Assembly (NCBI GenBank): GCA_943356525.1
Contig: CALRFG010000004.1
Coordinates: 290 to 64,289 of the forward strand
DNA length: 64,000 nucleotides
Direction: 5' to 3'
Source of the DNA: Candidatus Nomurabacteria bacterium
GTDB taxonomy: Bacteria > Patescibacteriota > Minisyncoccia > Phycocordibacterales > CAIZLB01
The position numbers and the translations under genes were made by a program. Below the pieces are notes generated by a model. It ran no database searches, was not told where the DNA came from, and saw nothing but the letters and a program-made list of their open reading frames with translations. This document shows, one piece after another, positions 1 to 7,843 of this stretch (position 1 is its first letter; the number at the start of each line of letters is the position of its first letter).

Positions 1-168
1 AAAGGATATGGTCTAAAGTCGATCAAGTGAAAAGAACCCGTCATGGGGTTTTGCTTGATCGCCGTATCGGGAAACTGGTACGAAGGACCTCGGTCCTTAC
101 CCGTGATGGGCTTTTTCTATATAACAAAAAAACCACACGATTACTCATTAAGCCGATCAAGCAAATTT

Positions 169-648
169 ATGAATAATAAAACAAAAGAAAACACCGACCA
201 ACAAAAGTTAAGTACGGTATTTTCTGGAATAGCAGGAGAATATTTTGTAGCCGCAGAATTATCACGTAGAGGATATATTGCATCTATAACTTTACGTAAT
301 ACTGACGGCGTAGATGTTCTTTGTGCTAATAAACAAACAACAAGATCAGTCGGAATACAAGTTAAAACAAATCGTGGTTCGAATAGAAGTTGGTTGATGA
401 ATCAGAAGGCGGAAGATTATATGTCAGATAATTTATTTTACATTTTTGTAAATTTAAATGACAACTTAAAACCACCTGAGTACTTTATAGTACCCAGTAA
501 GATTGCTTCTAAATACGTAAAAGAATCTCATTCCAATTGGCTTGAGGCTACAGGTAAAAACGGAAAGATACACAAAGACGGAAACATGAGAAAGTTTACT
601 GATTTAAAGGAGGATTTTTTGAATCGTTGGGACTTGTTGGGTCTGTAG
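169..648 (+). CDS. Small PD-(D/E)xK nuclease-fold protein, Hjc/restriction-endonuclease-like, about 160 aa. The first 126 nt of the listed ORF are probably untranslated.
   Basis: Motif pattern G-x-GE-x-FV-x3-L-x3-G ... DGVD ... IQVK matches the Hjc/restriction-endonuclease core (E, D, E/Q-x-K). The ATG at 169 gives MNNKTKEN. The 3' end overlaps the convergent ORF that ends at 596. Confidence 0.5.
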   Translation: MNNKTKENTDQQKLSTVFSGIAGEYFVAAELSRRGYIASITLRNTDGVDVLCANKQTTRSVGIQVKTNRGSNRSWLMNQKAEDYMSDNLFYIFVNLNDNLKPPEYFIVPSKIASKYVKESHSNWLEATGKNGKIHKDGNMRKFTDLKEDFLNRWDLLGL

Positions 649-1054
649 AATCAACATCCTCATCTTCATCATTTTCTTTTTCATCTTCCTTTTTCTCATC
701 TTTTTCACATTCAAGATCACCGTGACAGATGTTATCAACAGGTTTTAGTTTGCTATCTTCTGGTGTATCAGGTTTCTTTGGTTTGTATCTTGGATCACGA
801 TTTTTTAACTGAAACTCAATTGCTCGTGGATCACCTTTGTTGATATTGGTAACTAATTTACTATGGGCAAGATCACATAGTGATAGATTACCCATTTCCA
901 TAGCTAGGTTTACTTTTTCTGCAAAGTTTGGATCAGTTAACATCCATCTATAAAAGCTATTACGAGATAATCCTACTCTTTCACAAGCGGAAGAAACATT
1001 TTCCGTTTTTTCAATCTCTTCAATTAGTCTTTGTTCTAATCTAAGCTTTTTCAT
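596..1054 (-). CDS. HTH protein resembling a phage terminase small subunit N-terminal domain, with a strongly acidic, low-complexity C-terminal tail
   Basis: 'GLSRNSFYRWMLTDPNFAEKV' is a typical Terminase_2/HTH_23-type helix-turn-helix. The C-terminal 40 aa are D/E/K-rich. The gene is translationally coupled to the upstream methyltransferase, overlapping 1041-1054. Confidence 0.5.
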   Translation of the reverse strand: MKKLRLEQRLIEEIEKTENVSSACERVGLSRNSFYRWMLTDPNFAEKVNLAMEMGNLSLCDLAHSKLVTNINKGDPRAIEFQLKNRDPRYKPKKPDTPEDSKLKPVDNICHGDLECEKDEKKEDEKENDEDEDVDSTDPTSPNDSKNPPLNQ

Positions 1055-2324
1055 CTTCTCTTATTATCTTTGCTTTAATTCCAGTAAGTTTTTCAAACCT
1101 TCTTATAGCAAGATCACAGAAAATTGGTTCAAGCTCGACAGCATAAACTTTTCTTTTTAACATTTCACCTGCAATCAATGTGCTAGCTGATCCTGAAAAA
1201 GAATCCAAAATAATATCATCGACTTTAGTACATCTGCGAATTGCTTTCTCATGAAGTTCTGGTGGTTTAGAAGTGGCATGTTCGTAATCTTTACTTGATA
1301 GTCTCTTGCAGAGCCATAAGTCAATTTGGTCTAACATCTCATTTCCTGTACCTATGTCTTTATTCATGACCTCATTTAGATTCTGAATATCTTTTGCAAT
1401 ATAGGGACTATTTCTTGACCCATAGACACAAGGTTCATAGCATTTGTTAAACGGTGAATTAGGGGTTGGGTTGTGTCCATTCTTAATCCAAAGACAGACA
1501 CGTTTATTGTCTATGTTGTTATCCCTATATACATTTTGCACCATTCCTATGTAAGTCTGATCGCAATAATAGAAGACATGCGTTTCTTTTTTACATACTG
1601 ACAGAGCATTTCTAAGACTATCACTTAACAATTTTTTATACTCAGCATCTGAGCGATTATCACTAACATTTATTCCAGAATTATAATTTTTCTTTCCTCC
1701 AACCCCTCCGTTATAGTTCAAGTTTATGTTGTAAACTGGATCCGAATAGATCATGCTTGCTTTTTCATCACCAAATAATTTTTTAAGTACTTCTGAATCA
1801 GTGGAATCACCACAGATTAGTTTATGTCTTCCTAAACAAATAATATCCCCAAGTTTTGTTTGAGGTTCTTTGATTTGTGCTAATTCTTTCTTTACATCAA
1901 ACTTTTCTTCCTTAACTTCTAAATCATTGTTCCATGCTTTTGATAAATCAATTTGATCGAATCCTATATCTATTAAGAGATCTAATTCAAATGATTTTAA
2001 TAATTCAAAATCCCATGATCCTGTATTTTTATTTAATCTGATATTCAATTCTTTCTCTTTTTCAATATCTGGAATGTTTAAATAAACCACAGGTAGGGTT
2101 GTGTACCCAAGTTCCTTTGCCACTTTGTATCTAAAGTGACCACCTATGATAATATTTTTTCTATCAGGTGCACTGTTACAGATTATAGGATCGACCAGTC
2201 CAAATCTTTTAATTGATTCTTTTAGCTTGTTTGATTGTTCCATTGTGTGAGTTCTAGGATTATAGTCAGCCAGTCTTAATACGCCCGTTGAGATATACTC
2301 AACAGTAATGTTGTCTTTATTCAT
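1041..2324 (-). CDS. Fusion of a ParB-like nuclease domain (ParB/Srx) with a DNA methyltransferase (beta-class N6A/N4C amino-MTase)
   Basis: N-terminal 'ADYNPR' and 'IIGGHFRYKVAKELGYTTLPVV' match the ParB GERRxRA box region. Motif IV 'SDPVY' (DPPY-like) comes before motif I 'ILDSFSGSAST' (FxGxG), which is the beta-class order. Confidence 0.7.
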   Translation of the reverse strand: MNKDNITVEYISTGVLRLADYNPRTHTMEQSNKLKESIKRFGLVDPIICNSAPDRKNIIIGGHFRYKVAKELGYTTLPVVYLNIPDIEKEKELNIRLNKNTGSWDFELLKSFELDLLIDIGFDQIDLSKAWNNDLEVKEEKFDVKKELAQIKEPQTKLGDIICLGRHKLICGDSTDSEVLKKLFGDEKASMIYSDPVYNINLNYNGGVGGKKNYNSGINVSDNRSDAEYKKLLSDSLRNALSVCKKETHVFYYCDQTYIGMVQNVYRDNNIDNKRVCLWIKNGHNPTPNSPFNKCYEPCVYGSRNSPYIAKDIQNLNEVMNKDIGTGNEMLDQIDLWLCKRLSSKDYEHATSKPPELHEKAIRRCTKVDDIILDSFSGSASTLIAGEMLKRKVYAVELEPIFCDLAIRRFEKLTGIKAKIIREDEKA

Positions 2325-2565
2325 TATTTTATTTTAATTAACTAATAAGTGCGTTTCTAAAGCATAATGGCAAACGCGGACATCTGGTGACCCAGCACTC
2401 CTAGAGAAGATCTCTATACCTCTGGCATTCCATATGGGTATTATATGTTGATAAAAAACTAAAAAGCAACAAGAAAAAAAATTGTGGATAATTCCAAATG
2501 ACCCTTATTTGGTATACACCATTTAATTATTCGGTATGCACCATATAAACTAAGATTTACGTATT

Positions 2566-3450
2566 CTAACCAATAGCTTGGACGCAGTTACTTAATAATT
2601 GATTTGGTGTTTTGAGGTTGATGCCGAGATGTAATCGCTCACAGTTGTAGTATCTCAAATATTTCTTGAGAGCACAATTAATGACATCAACTTTAATTTC
2701 TAATCTATCAAGACACTCTTCTTGGAGGGTTCTGTTGTATCTCTCAATATGTGCATTGTCATTAGGCTTACCGACTCTGGTGTATCTGTGATTTTTTCCT
2801 GATCTATCTATGAACCATCGACCAAACTCAGGACCGTGATCTGATTGCAACATGTTAAAGTTGAACCTTGAATGTCTCTGTGCTTCTTTCATAAAACTTA
2901 CACATATATCACTACTCATTTTTTGATAACACTTTGCATATGACCATCTTGAGTAGACATCGATTAATGTAAACACATATATTCGAGTCTTTGGTCCTGT
3001 CATGAGGTGTATTGTATCCATTTGTACCAAGTCTCCTGGCTTAAGTGGATATGGACGGTCTACAGGTGGATGATATCTTTTCCATGGACTTTTCTTTTTG
3101 AGTAAACCATTTCTGTCCAATGTTCTCTTAACTGATGAGAGTGATACTTTAATTCCTTCATTCTCTAGGTCTTTTTGTACAACCTCTGAACATCTATTTC
3201 TCTCAAGTCTTTTTTTAAATATCTTCCAAACTATTTCATCACTCAATTGTTGTGGGTGATGTTTAGGTCGGGACGATAATGTTGGTATATTGTGATATGG
3301 ATAGTTTCCTGACTTCTTAACCCATTTAGATATTGTACTTGAACCTACTCCATATCTTCTTCCTACCTCTCTTGTGGTGTGTCCTTGTTTGATCATGAGT
3401 ACTGCGTCTTTGCGTACTTTAGGCATATGTGGGTTTTGTGTATATGACAT
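2566..3450 (-). CDS. IS481-family DDE transposase with an N-terminal HTH and an integrase catalytic core
   Basis: The HTH is 'TTREVGRRYGVGSSTISKW'. The DDE triad lies in 'LVQMDT', 'LQSDHGPEF' and 'HIERYNRTLQEE'. The reading frame runs through the left inverted repeat. Confidence 0.8.
   Translation of the reverse strand: MSYTQNPHMPKVRKDAVLMIKQGHTTREVGRRYGVGSSTISKWVKKSGNYPYHNIPTLSSRPKHHPQQLSDEIVWKIFKKRLERNRCSEVVQKDLENEGIKVSLSSVKRTLDRNGLLKKKSPWKRYHPPVDRPYPLKPGDLVQMDTIHLMTGPKTRIYVFTLIDVYSRWSYAKCYQKMSSDICVSFMKEAQRHSRFNFNMLQSDHGPEFGRWFIDRSGKNHRYTRVGKPNDNAHIERYNRTLQEECLDRLEIKVDVINCALKKYLRYYNCERLHLGINLKTPNQLLSNCVQAIG
2574..2586. repeat. IS left terminal inverted repeat
   Basis: TAGCTTGGACGCA is the reverse complement of 3469-3481. 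Confidence 0.7.
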
Positions 3451-3468
3451 GTTTGTATTTTACCTTTT

Positions 3469-3481
3469 TGCGTCCAAGCTA
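3469..3481. repeat. IS right terminal inverted repeat
   Basis: TGCGTCCAAGCTA is the reverse complement of 2574-2586. Confidence 0.7.
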
Positions 3482-3903
3482 GTGAACCATTACGGATTTA
3501 TTGACAATATGTAACATCTTGTTTTATGATTATTCTAAAATAGAAAAGATAGATTCTTTATCTAATCTAGAATTTTTAAAACCAAATTAACTTGCCTCAC
3601 ATCTTTGTTATTTAGTAAATTTGACAACGACCAAGTTTAAAATGTTTCTTTAAATATTGATTACTTTGAGTATATACTTTACATTTTATGTTTTTATGGT
3701 TTACCGTATTTTATATGTTAAAAAACCGGACAAAATAAGGATAAAGAGTATAATGGAAAATGAAATAAGCTCAAGATATTTCTATCCTGAACTTATTTCG
3801 AACAATTTATTAGAAAATCTTAAAAAAACCGTAAGGTTTGGTCGAGAGTTCCTATTACTACTGTAACAGGTTGTAATAGGATAAATCAACTACTTATCAA
3901 CAT

Positions 3904-4044
3904 ATGGCCAAAAACGAACATACAAGTAAACGTGTTGCTAAAATTGCAAGCAAATTACTTAAGAGTCCTAATAGTACTCAGAAAGTTAAGTCTGTTTCTG
4001 CCAGTGCTTTAACACAGACCAGAAATAAAACAAAAAGAAAGTAA
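3904..4044 (+). CDS. Small lysine-rich protein of 46 aa, below the 60-aa cutoff of the ORF track
   Basis: ATG at 3904 and TAA at 4042; sequence MAKNEHTSKRVAKIASKLLKSPNSTQKVKSVSASALTQTRNKTKRK. It is followed by a strong intrinsic terminator. No homology can be asserted. Confidence 0.25.
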   Translation: MAKNEHTSKRVAKIASKLLKSPNSTQKVKSVSASALTQTRNKTKRK

Positions 4045-4092
4045 TTTTCAAAAACCGAAGATTCGAATGAATCGAAAGTCTAAATAAAAATA

Positions 4093-4125
4093 AAAAGCAC
4101 TCAGAAATGGGTGCTTTTTATTTTA
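4093..4125. terminator. Bidirectional intrinsic terminator
   Basis: Stem AAAAGCAC...GTGCTTTT with a T-run. It sits between the convergent small ORF and the FtsK-gamma gene. Confidence 0.6.
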
Positions 4126-4142
4126 CTAATTTAAAAAGTGGG

Positions 4143-4430
4143 TTAGTTTGAATCTGGTTTTATAATTTTTGCTTTTACTAGCTGATCATAAATGTATGAT
4201 GCGTGAGCATATCCTATCTTGTGTTTTCTTTGTAACCAACTTGTCGATATTTTTGATATTTTTCCTTGTTTTATTAACTCATCAATTTGAGCAAGTCTTT
4301 CTGGTAATTCGTAATCATTACAAATTGCTGTAATGTTATCAGATATTACTTGTAAAGATTCTGCGGTTTCTCGTAGTGTTTTTATAAGTACCTTATCTGA
4401 CTGCTTTTTTATAGTTGTTGTTTTAGGCAT
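4143..4430 (-). CDS. Stand-alone protein carrying an FtsK gamma-domain (winged helix)
   Basis: C-terminal 'ISTSWLQRKHKIGYAHASYIYDQLVKAKII' matches the FtsK/SpoIIIE gamma motif (S-x-LQRRLRIGY-x-RAARLID-x-LE-x3-GIV). Confidence 0.55.
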   Translation of the reverse strand: MPKTTTIKKQSDKVLIKTLRETAESLQVISDNITAICNDYELPERLAQIDELIKQGKISKISTSWLQRKHKIGYAHASYIYDQLVKAKIIKPDSN

Positions 4431-4487
4431 ATAGAAATTATAGCAGAAATATGACGATGTTGGGGTATGTGAATTTGCCCTTATTTC

Positions 4488-6011
4488 ATGTATATTAATC
4501 CTATGATCATATCAAAAACCAGCTTCTTAACTTTTCTCGATTGTTCTAAAAACGCTTGGATTAAGATTCATAAACCAGAGATATTTAAACAATATCCACT
4601 GTCATCATTCGAGCAGAATATTATAGATACAGGTAACAATATAGATGTAATGGCTAGGAGTCTTTTTCCTAACGGAGTTCTGGTTGAATCACGAGAAGAT
4701 ACCGAACTTACTGATAAACTAATTGCTAATAAAACCCCTGTAATATACCAGCCAGTTTTTGCCACAGATAAGTTTATAACTGCACTTGATATTTTGGTAT
4801 GGAATACTGATACAAATGTGTATGACTTGTATGAGGTAAAATCTTCAACTTCATCAGAAGAAAATGGTGGGAGAAAAACAGAAGACTATCTTATTGATAT
4901 AGCTTTTCAGAAAAATATACTTGATGAACTAGGTGTTGAAATAGGTACAACAAATCTTATTCGAGTTAACAAAGAATATGTAAGAAATGGTGAAATAAAT
5001 GTAAGAAGTTTTTTTCTGATCGAAGATGTAACTGAAGAAGTAAACGCAAAACTAGGGGAAGTTAAATCAAAAATGGAAGTTGCTAGTGAAGTAATCTCAA
5101 ACCCAAAAGAACCAGTTGGTCATTGCGATTGTATTTTGAAAGGAAAAAAATCACATTGTACAACTTCAAAGTATTCAATTCCTGATTTACCTCAATATCC
5201 TGTTCATGCTATATCGCGAATAAATAAGAAAAAGTTAATTGAGTTAGTTGATAACAATATATTCAGCATATTTGATGTACCAAAAGATTTTGTTCTATCT
5301 GAAAACCAAAGAAGACAAGTTGACACCGCTCAATCTGATAAAGAATATATAAGTGTAAATGAAATTACTGATTTTCTGAGTACAATGAAATATCCTTTAT
5401 GTTTTCTTGATTACGAAACTTATCCATCAGCTGTACCTAAATATGATGGATTTAAACCATATCAACAAATTCCATTTCAGTTCTCATTACATGTGATTGA
5501 AGCTCCTAATGGCGAATCTGTTCATTATGATTTTATTTACACAGATACAGAGTGTCCTGATAAGTATTTTGCAGAAGCTTTAAAAAAACATTTACCAGAT
5601 ATTGGTAGTGTTGTGGTTTGGAATCAAGGTTTTGAGAAAGGAATAAATAAACAGATTGCTGAACATTTACCCGAGTACTCAGAATTTATGGATAAAGTTA
5701 ACATTAGGGTTGTAGATCTAATGATTCCTTTTTATGGAAAGACAACAATGTACGATCATCCAAAGTTTAAAGGAAGTGCTTCTATAAAATATGTGTTGCC
5801 AGCTTTAGTGCCACATTTGTCTTACAAAAATATGCACATACAGGAAGGTGGTACAGCATCTGATACTTGGAATCGAATCGTATCTCAAGAATACACTGAC
5901 AGTGAAAAAAACATCAAAATACAGGCATTAAAAGATTACTGTCATCTTGATACATTAGCTATGGTTGAGATATGGAGGGCTTTATATGTTGTTGAATCTG
6001 ATTCAAGGTAA
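4488..6011 (+). CDS. DUF2779-family protein with an N-terminal PD-(D/E)xK (Cas4/RecB-like) nuclease and a C-terminal RNase-H-like exonuclease fold
   Basis: N-terminal 'ALDILVWNTDTNVYDLYEVKSS' gives D...D...EVK. C-terminal 'CFLDYETY' is a DEDD-like D-x-E motif. The overall length of about 500 aa is typical of DUF2779. Confidence 0.6.
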   Translation: MYINPMIISKTSFLTFLDCSKNAWIKIHKPEIFKQYPLSSFEQNIIDTGNNIDVMARSLFPNGVLVESREDTELTDKLIANKTPVIYQPVFATDKFITALDILVWNTDTNVYDLYEVKSSTSSEENGGRKTEDYLIDIAFQKNILDELGVEIGTTNLIRVNKEYVRNGEINVRSFFLIEDVTEEVNAKLGEVKSKMEVASEVISNPKEPVGHCDCILKGKKSHCTTSKYSIPDLPQYPVHAISRINKKKLIELVDNNIFSIFDVPKDFVLSENQRRQVDTAQSDKEYISVNEITDFLSTMKYPLCFLDYETYPSAVPKYDGFKPYQQIPFQFSLHVIEAPNGESVHYDFIYTDTECPDKYFAEALKKHLPDIGSVVVWNQGFEKGINKQIAEHLPEYSEFMDKVNIRVVDLMIPFYGKTTMYDHPKFKGSASIKYVLPALVPHLSYKNMHIQEGGTASDTWNRIVSQEYTDSEKNIKIQALKDYCHLDTLAMVEIWRALYVVESDSR

Positions 6012-6013
6012 TT

Positions 6014-6751
6014 TTATTCAAAAACATAAGAAATAAATTCTTTGCCAAATCTTGATTCTTTGAACCCTGGTCCATCCGTGTTAAATGTTGTATCGGTGAT
6101 ATTTAGTACAAGACCTAAACCAGATAGTCTTGTTAAGACCTCTAATGTGTAGTTGTGATCCTCGAACTCTTTTAATCCTTTTATTTTATTTAAGAGCAAG
6201 TCTCCAATTTGACCAACATTTAAACCCACTTCAGATCTCCTCTCTACTTCATGATCTTCCATTTCAGGAAACTGATCTTTATACCATTGATCTACTGTTT
6301 TGTCTGAAAAAGTTTTAATAACCTCTATATCCTCAATAGAGAGTTGTTCTAATGTATTGAGATATCTCTCTAACTTAAAGCTGTCTTTGTTTTCTTCTTT
6401 GGAAAATCCTAAAAATATATTTTTAATTATTTTTCTTTTTTCTTTAATTCTCTCGCTCAGATATTTTTGAAATGTATGAACGAATCCGTCTTGAAATTCT
6501 TCTGAAGATAGAATGTCTCTGGTAAAAATTTTGGGATTATCTCTTATCATTTCAACAAATTCAATCGCCCTATCTTGGCGAATTTGAATACCTGCACCAT
6601 ATAGTCCTTTTGACAAACCCCAAGCTATACCAAAAACAGGCGCACCTCCATACATTGAATTATCGATCGCGGCCACAATGCTATCAGCAGTAGCAACTGC
6701 AACATTTTTAAGGATAATTTTATCTTTTTTCTCATCATATGATTGATCCAT
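6014..6751 (-). CDS. Hypothetical protein with an N-terminal glycine-zipper/amphipathic segment
   Basis: 'YGGAPVFGIAWGLSKGLYGAGIQI' is a GxxxG-rich hydrophobic helix. The rest is charged and helical. No family was recognised. Confidence 0.4.
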   Translation of the reverse strand: MDQSYDEKKDKIILKNVAVATADSIVAAIDNSMYGGAPVFGIAWGLSKGLYGAGIQIRQDRAIEFVEMIRDNPKIFTRDILSSEEFQDGFVHTFQKYLSERIKEKRKIIKNIFLGFSKEENKDSFKLERYLNTLEQLSIEDIEVIKTFSDKTVDQWYKDQFPEMEDHEVERRSEVGLNVGQIGDLLLNKIKGLKEFEDHNYTLEVLTRLSGLGLVLNITDTTFNTDGPGFKESRFGKEFISYVFE

Positions 6752-6887
6752 AATTGAATAATATCATTTTTAGCAATTTAATTAAATGTGAGAAATCTGT
6801 CACTTTTGTCACTTTTTATAGCTCTCGAGAAGGGTCGATTCAACATTTAAAAAACACTAGAAATAACCTTACTGGGCAATGAACCCT

Positions 6888-6915
6888 TTGGTTCTATCTC
6901 GAGAAGGCTCACCAT
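6888..6915. repeat. 28-bp direct repeat, copy 1, containing CTCGAGAAGG
   Basis: TTGGTTCTATCTCGAGAAGGCTCACCAT is identical to 7756-7783. Related CTCGAGARGG motifs occur at 6824-6834 and 6936-6946. The copy sits about 75 nt upstream of a leaderless ATG. Confidence 0.8.
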
Positions 6916-6973
6916 TTAGATAGGTGGTGAAAGTGCTCGAGAGGGGTCTAATTTTTATTAAAATAATTGATTA

Positions 6974-6982
6974 TGATATAAT
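6974..6982 (+). promoter_or_regulatory. Extended -10 box (TGaTATAAT) 7 nt upstream of the ATG at 6990, giving a leaderless start
   Basis: TG-n-TATAAT is present and there is no Shine-Dalgarno sequence between it and the ATG. Confidence 0.5.
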
Positions 6983-6989
6983 TCATTGC

Positions 6990-7739
6990 ATGAACATACA
7001 AAAAGGTTTCGTAAATATTTTATTAATTTTATTAGGTTTATTAATCGTCAGTGGTGGTGGGTATTTTTTTCTTAAAAATAATTCAATAAAAGAAAAACTT
7101 CAAAATGATGAGGTTAAAAAAGAGACAGAATTACCTGCCATAGATAATGATCAAATAAAAAACTCTACAACAAGTGATATGTATCAGAATGGAAAATATC
7201 CCGGAATAATTAAATCAGTTTATTTGGACAATAAAGGGAAAGTGCTTATCGATGTAGATTTTTATCAAGGTTTTAGTGGTAAACAGGCTTTTCTCGAGCT
7301 GGCTAAAGACCTTTACTATAGTGAAAAAAATAAAAATACAAATTGGGATGAATTTAAAACAAAATATCCAACATACTTAGAGTTAGAAAGATTCGTCAAC
7401 ACAATGAACGAAGAGAGGTTTGATGATTATTATAGTGAGCTAACATGGAAAGATAATGAACGTTCTTTGGCAGACGATAAACGTAGGATTCTTATAGCTG
7501 GTAATTTTCCAAATGGTATGATTTATAATAAAAATGAAAGTACAAAAATTAGAACCTTTCCTTTAGATAAAAATACAACCATATCTATAGATCTTACATC
7601 TCCAGAAACAGGAATTGATAGCTTTGAAATTAATCAATCTCAGTTTATTGAAAAATTTAAATTACGTGCTCAGGATGAATTTATGATAGATATCGAAAAT
7701 GGAGTTGTTAAAAATATTGTTTCAATATTTAGACCGTAG
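6990..7739 (+). CDS. Hypothetical membrane-anchored protein with a single N-terminal transmembrane helix
   Basis: In-frame ATG at 6990 gives MNIQKGFVNILLILLGLLIVSGGGYFF. The ORF is flanked by the 28-bp direct repeats. Confidence 0.5.
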   Translation: MNIQKGFVNILLILLGLLIVSGGGYFFLKNNSIKEKLQNDEVKKETELPAIDNDQIKNSTTSDMYQNGKYPGIIKSVYLDNKGKVLIDVDFYQGFSGKQAFLELAKDLYYSEKNKNTNWDEFKTKYPTYLELERFVNTMNEERFDDYYSELTWKDNERSLADDKRRILIAGNFPNGMIYNKNESTKIRTFPLDKNTTISIDLTSPETGIDSFEINQSQFIEKFKLRAQDEFMIDIENGVVKNIVSIFRP

Positions 7740-7755
7740 ATAAATACAATTTACC

Positions 7756-7783
7756 TTGGTTCTATCTCGAGAAGGCTCACCAT
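7756..7783. repeat. 28-bp direct repeat, copy 2
   Basis: Identical to 6888-6915. It lies about 60 nt upstream of the small HTH ORF. Confidence 0.8.
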
Positions 7784-7826
7784 GTCGTGCACTAGTTTTA
7801 GGACTATTGTATTTTAAATATTTAAT

Positions 7827-7843
7827 CATGCTACAATAATCAC
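7827..7843 (+). promoter_or_regulatory. Extended -10 promoter ATGCTACAATAA, with TACAAT at 7832-7837 and the ATG 6 nt downstream
   Basis: This is one of four copies of the 12-mer ATGCTACAATAA in the window. No Shine-Dalgarno sequence is present. Confidence 0.5.

Larger units (their letters stand above)
2560..3490 (-). mobile_element. Intact IS481-family (IS3 superfamily) insertion sequence
   Basis: A single HTH plus DDE (rve) transposase ORF is flanked by 13-bp perfect terminal inverted repeats, TAGCTTGGACGCA at 2574-2586 and TGCGTCCAAGCTA at 3469-3481. Confidence 0.7.

Noticed and set aside
60-100. Group II intron domain V, from the CCGUAUCGG-GAAA-CUGGUACG hairpin
   Set aside because: The helix lacks the conserved 2-nt bulge and the AGC catalytic triad. 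No domain VI or reverse-transcriptase ORF is visible in the window. It is kept only as a low-confidence 'structured segment' finding.
43-168. N-terminal 42 codons of the listed ORF 43..648
   Set aside because: This stretch lies in the GC-rich structured segment, is non-protein-like (MGFCLIAVSGNWYEGPRSLPVMGFFYIT) and has no promoter ahead of it. The start at 169 is preferred.
2485-2493. Replication origin, from isolated DnaA boxes (TGTGGATAA at 2485 and 45720)
   Set aside because: These are single, widely separated boxes. They do not form a cluster and are not next to an AT-rich DNA-unwinding element adjacent to dnaA or dnaN. They are not an oriC.
3657-3866. 69-aa ORF in the IS-flanking AT-rich region
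   Set aside because: It is extremely AT-rich and hydrophobic junk-like (MITLSIYFTFYVFMVYRILYV…), with no upstream -10/ATG spacing signature. It is probably non-coding.
6888-7783. Possible CRISPR array, because of identical 28-bp repeats
   Set aside because: There are only two copies, and they are separated by about 840 bp that encode a protein. There is no regular repeat-spacer periodicity and no cas genes. These are regulatory or miniature repeats, not CRISPR.
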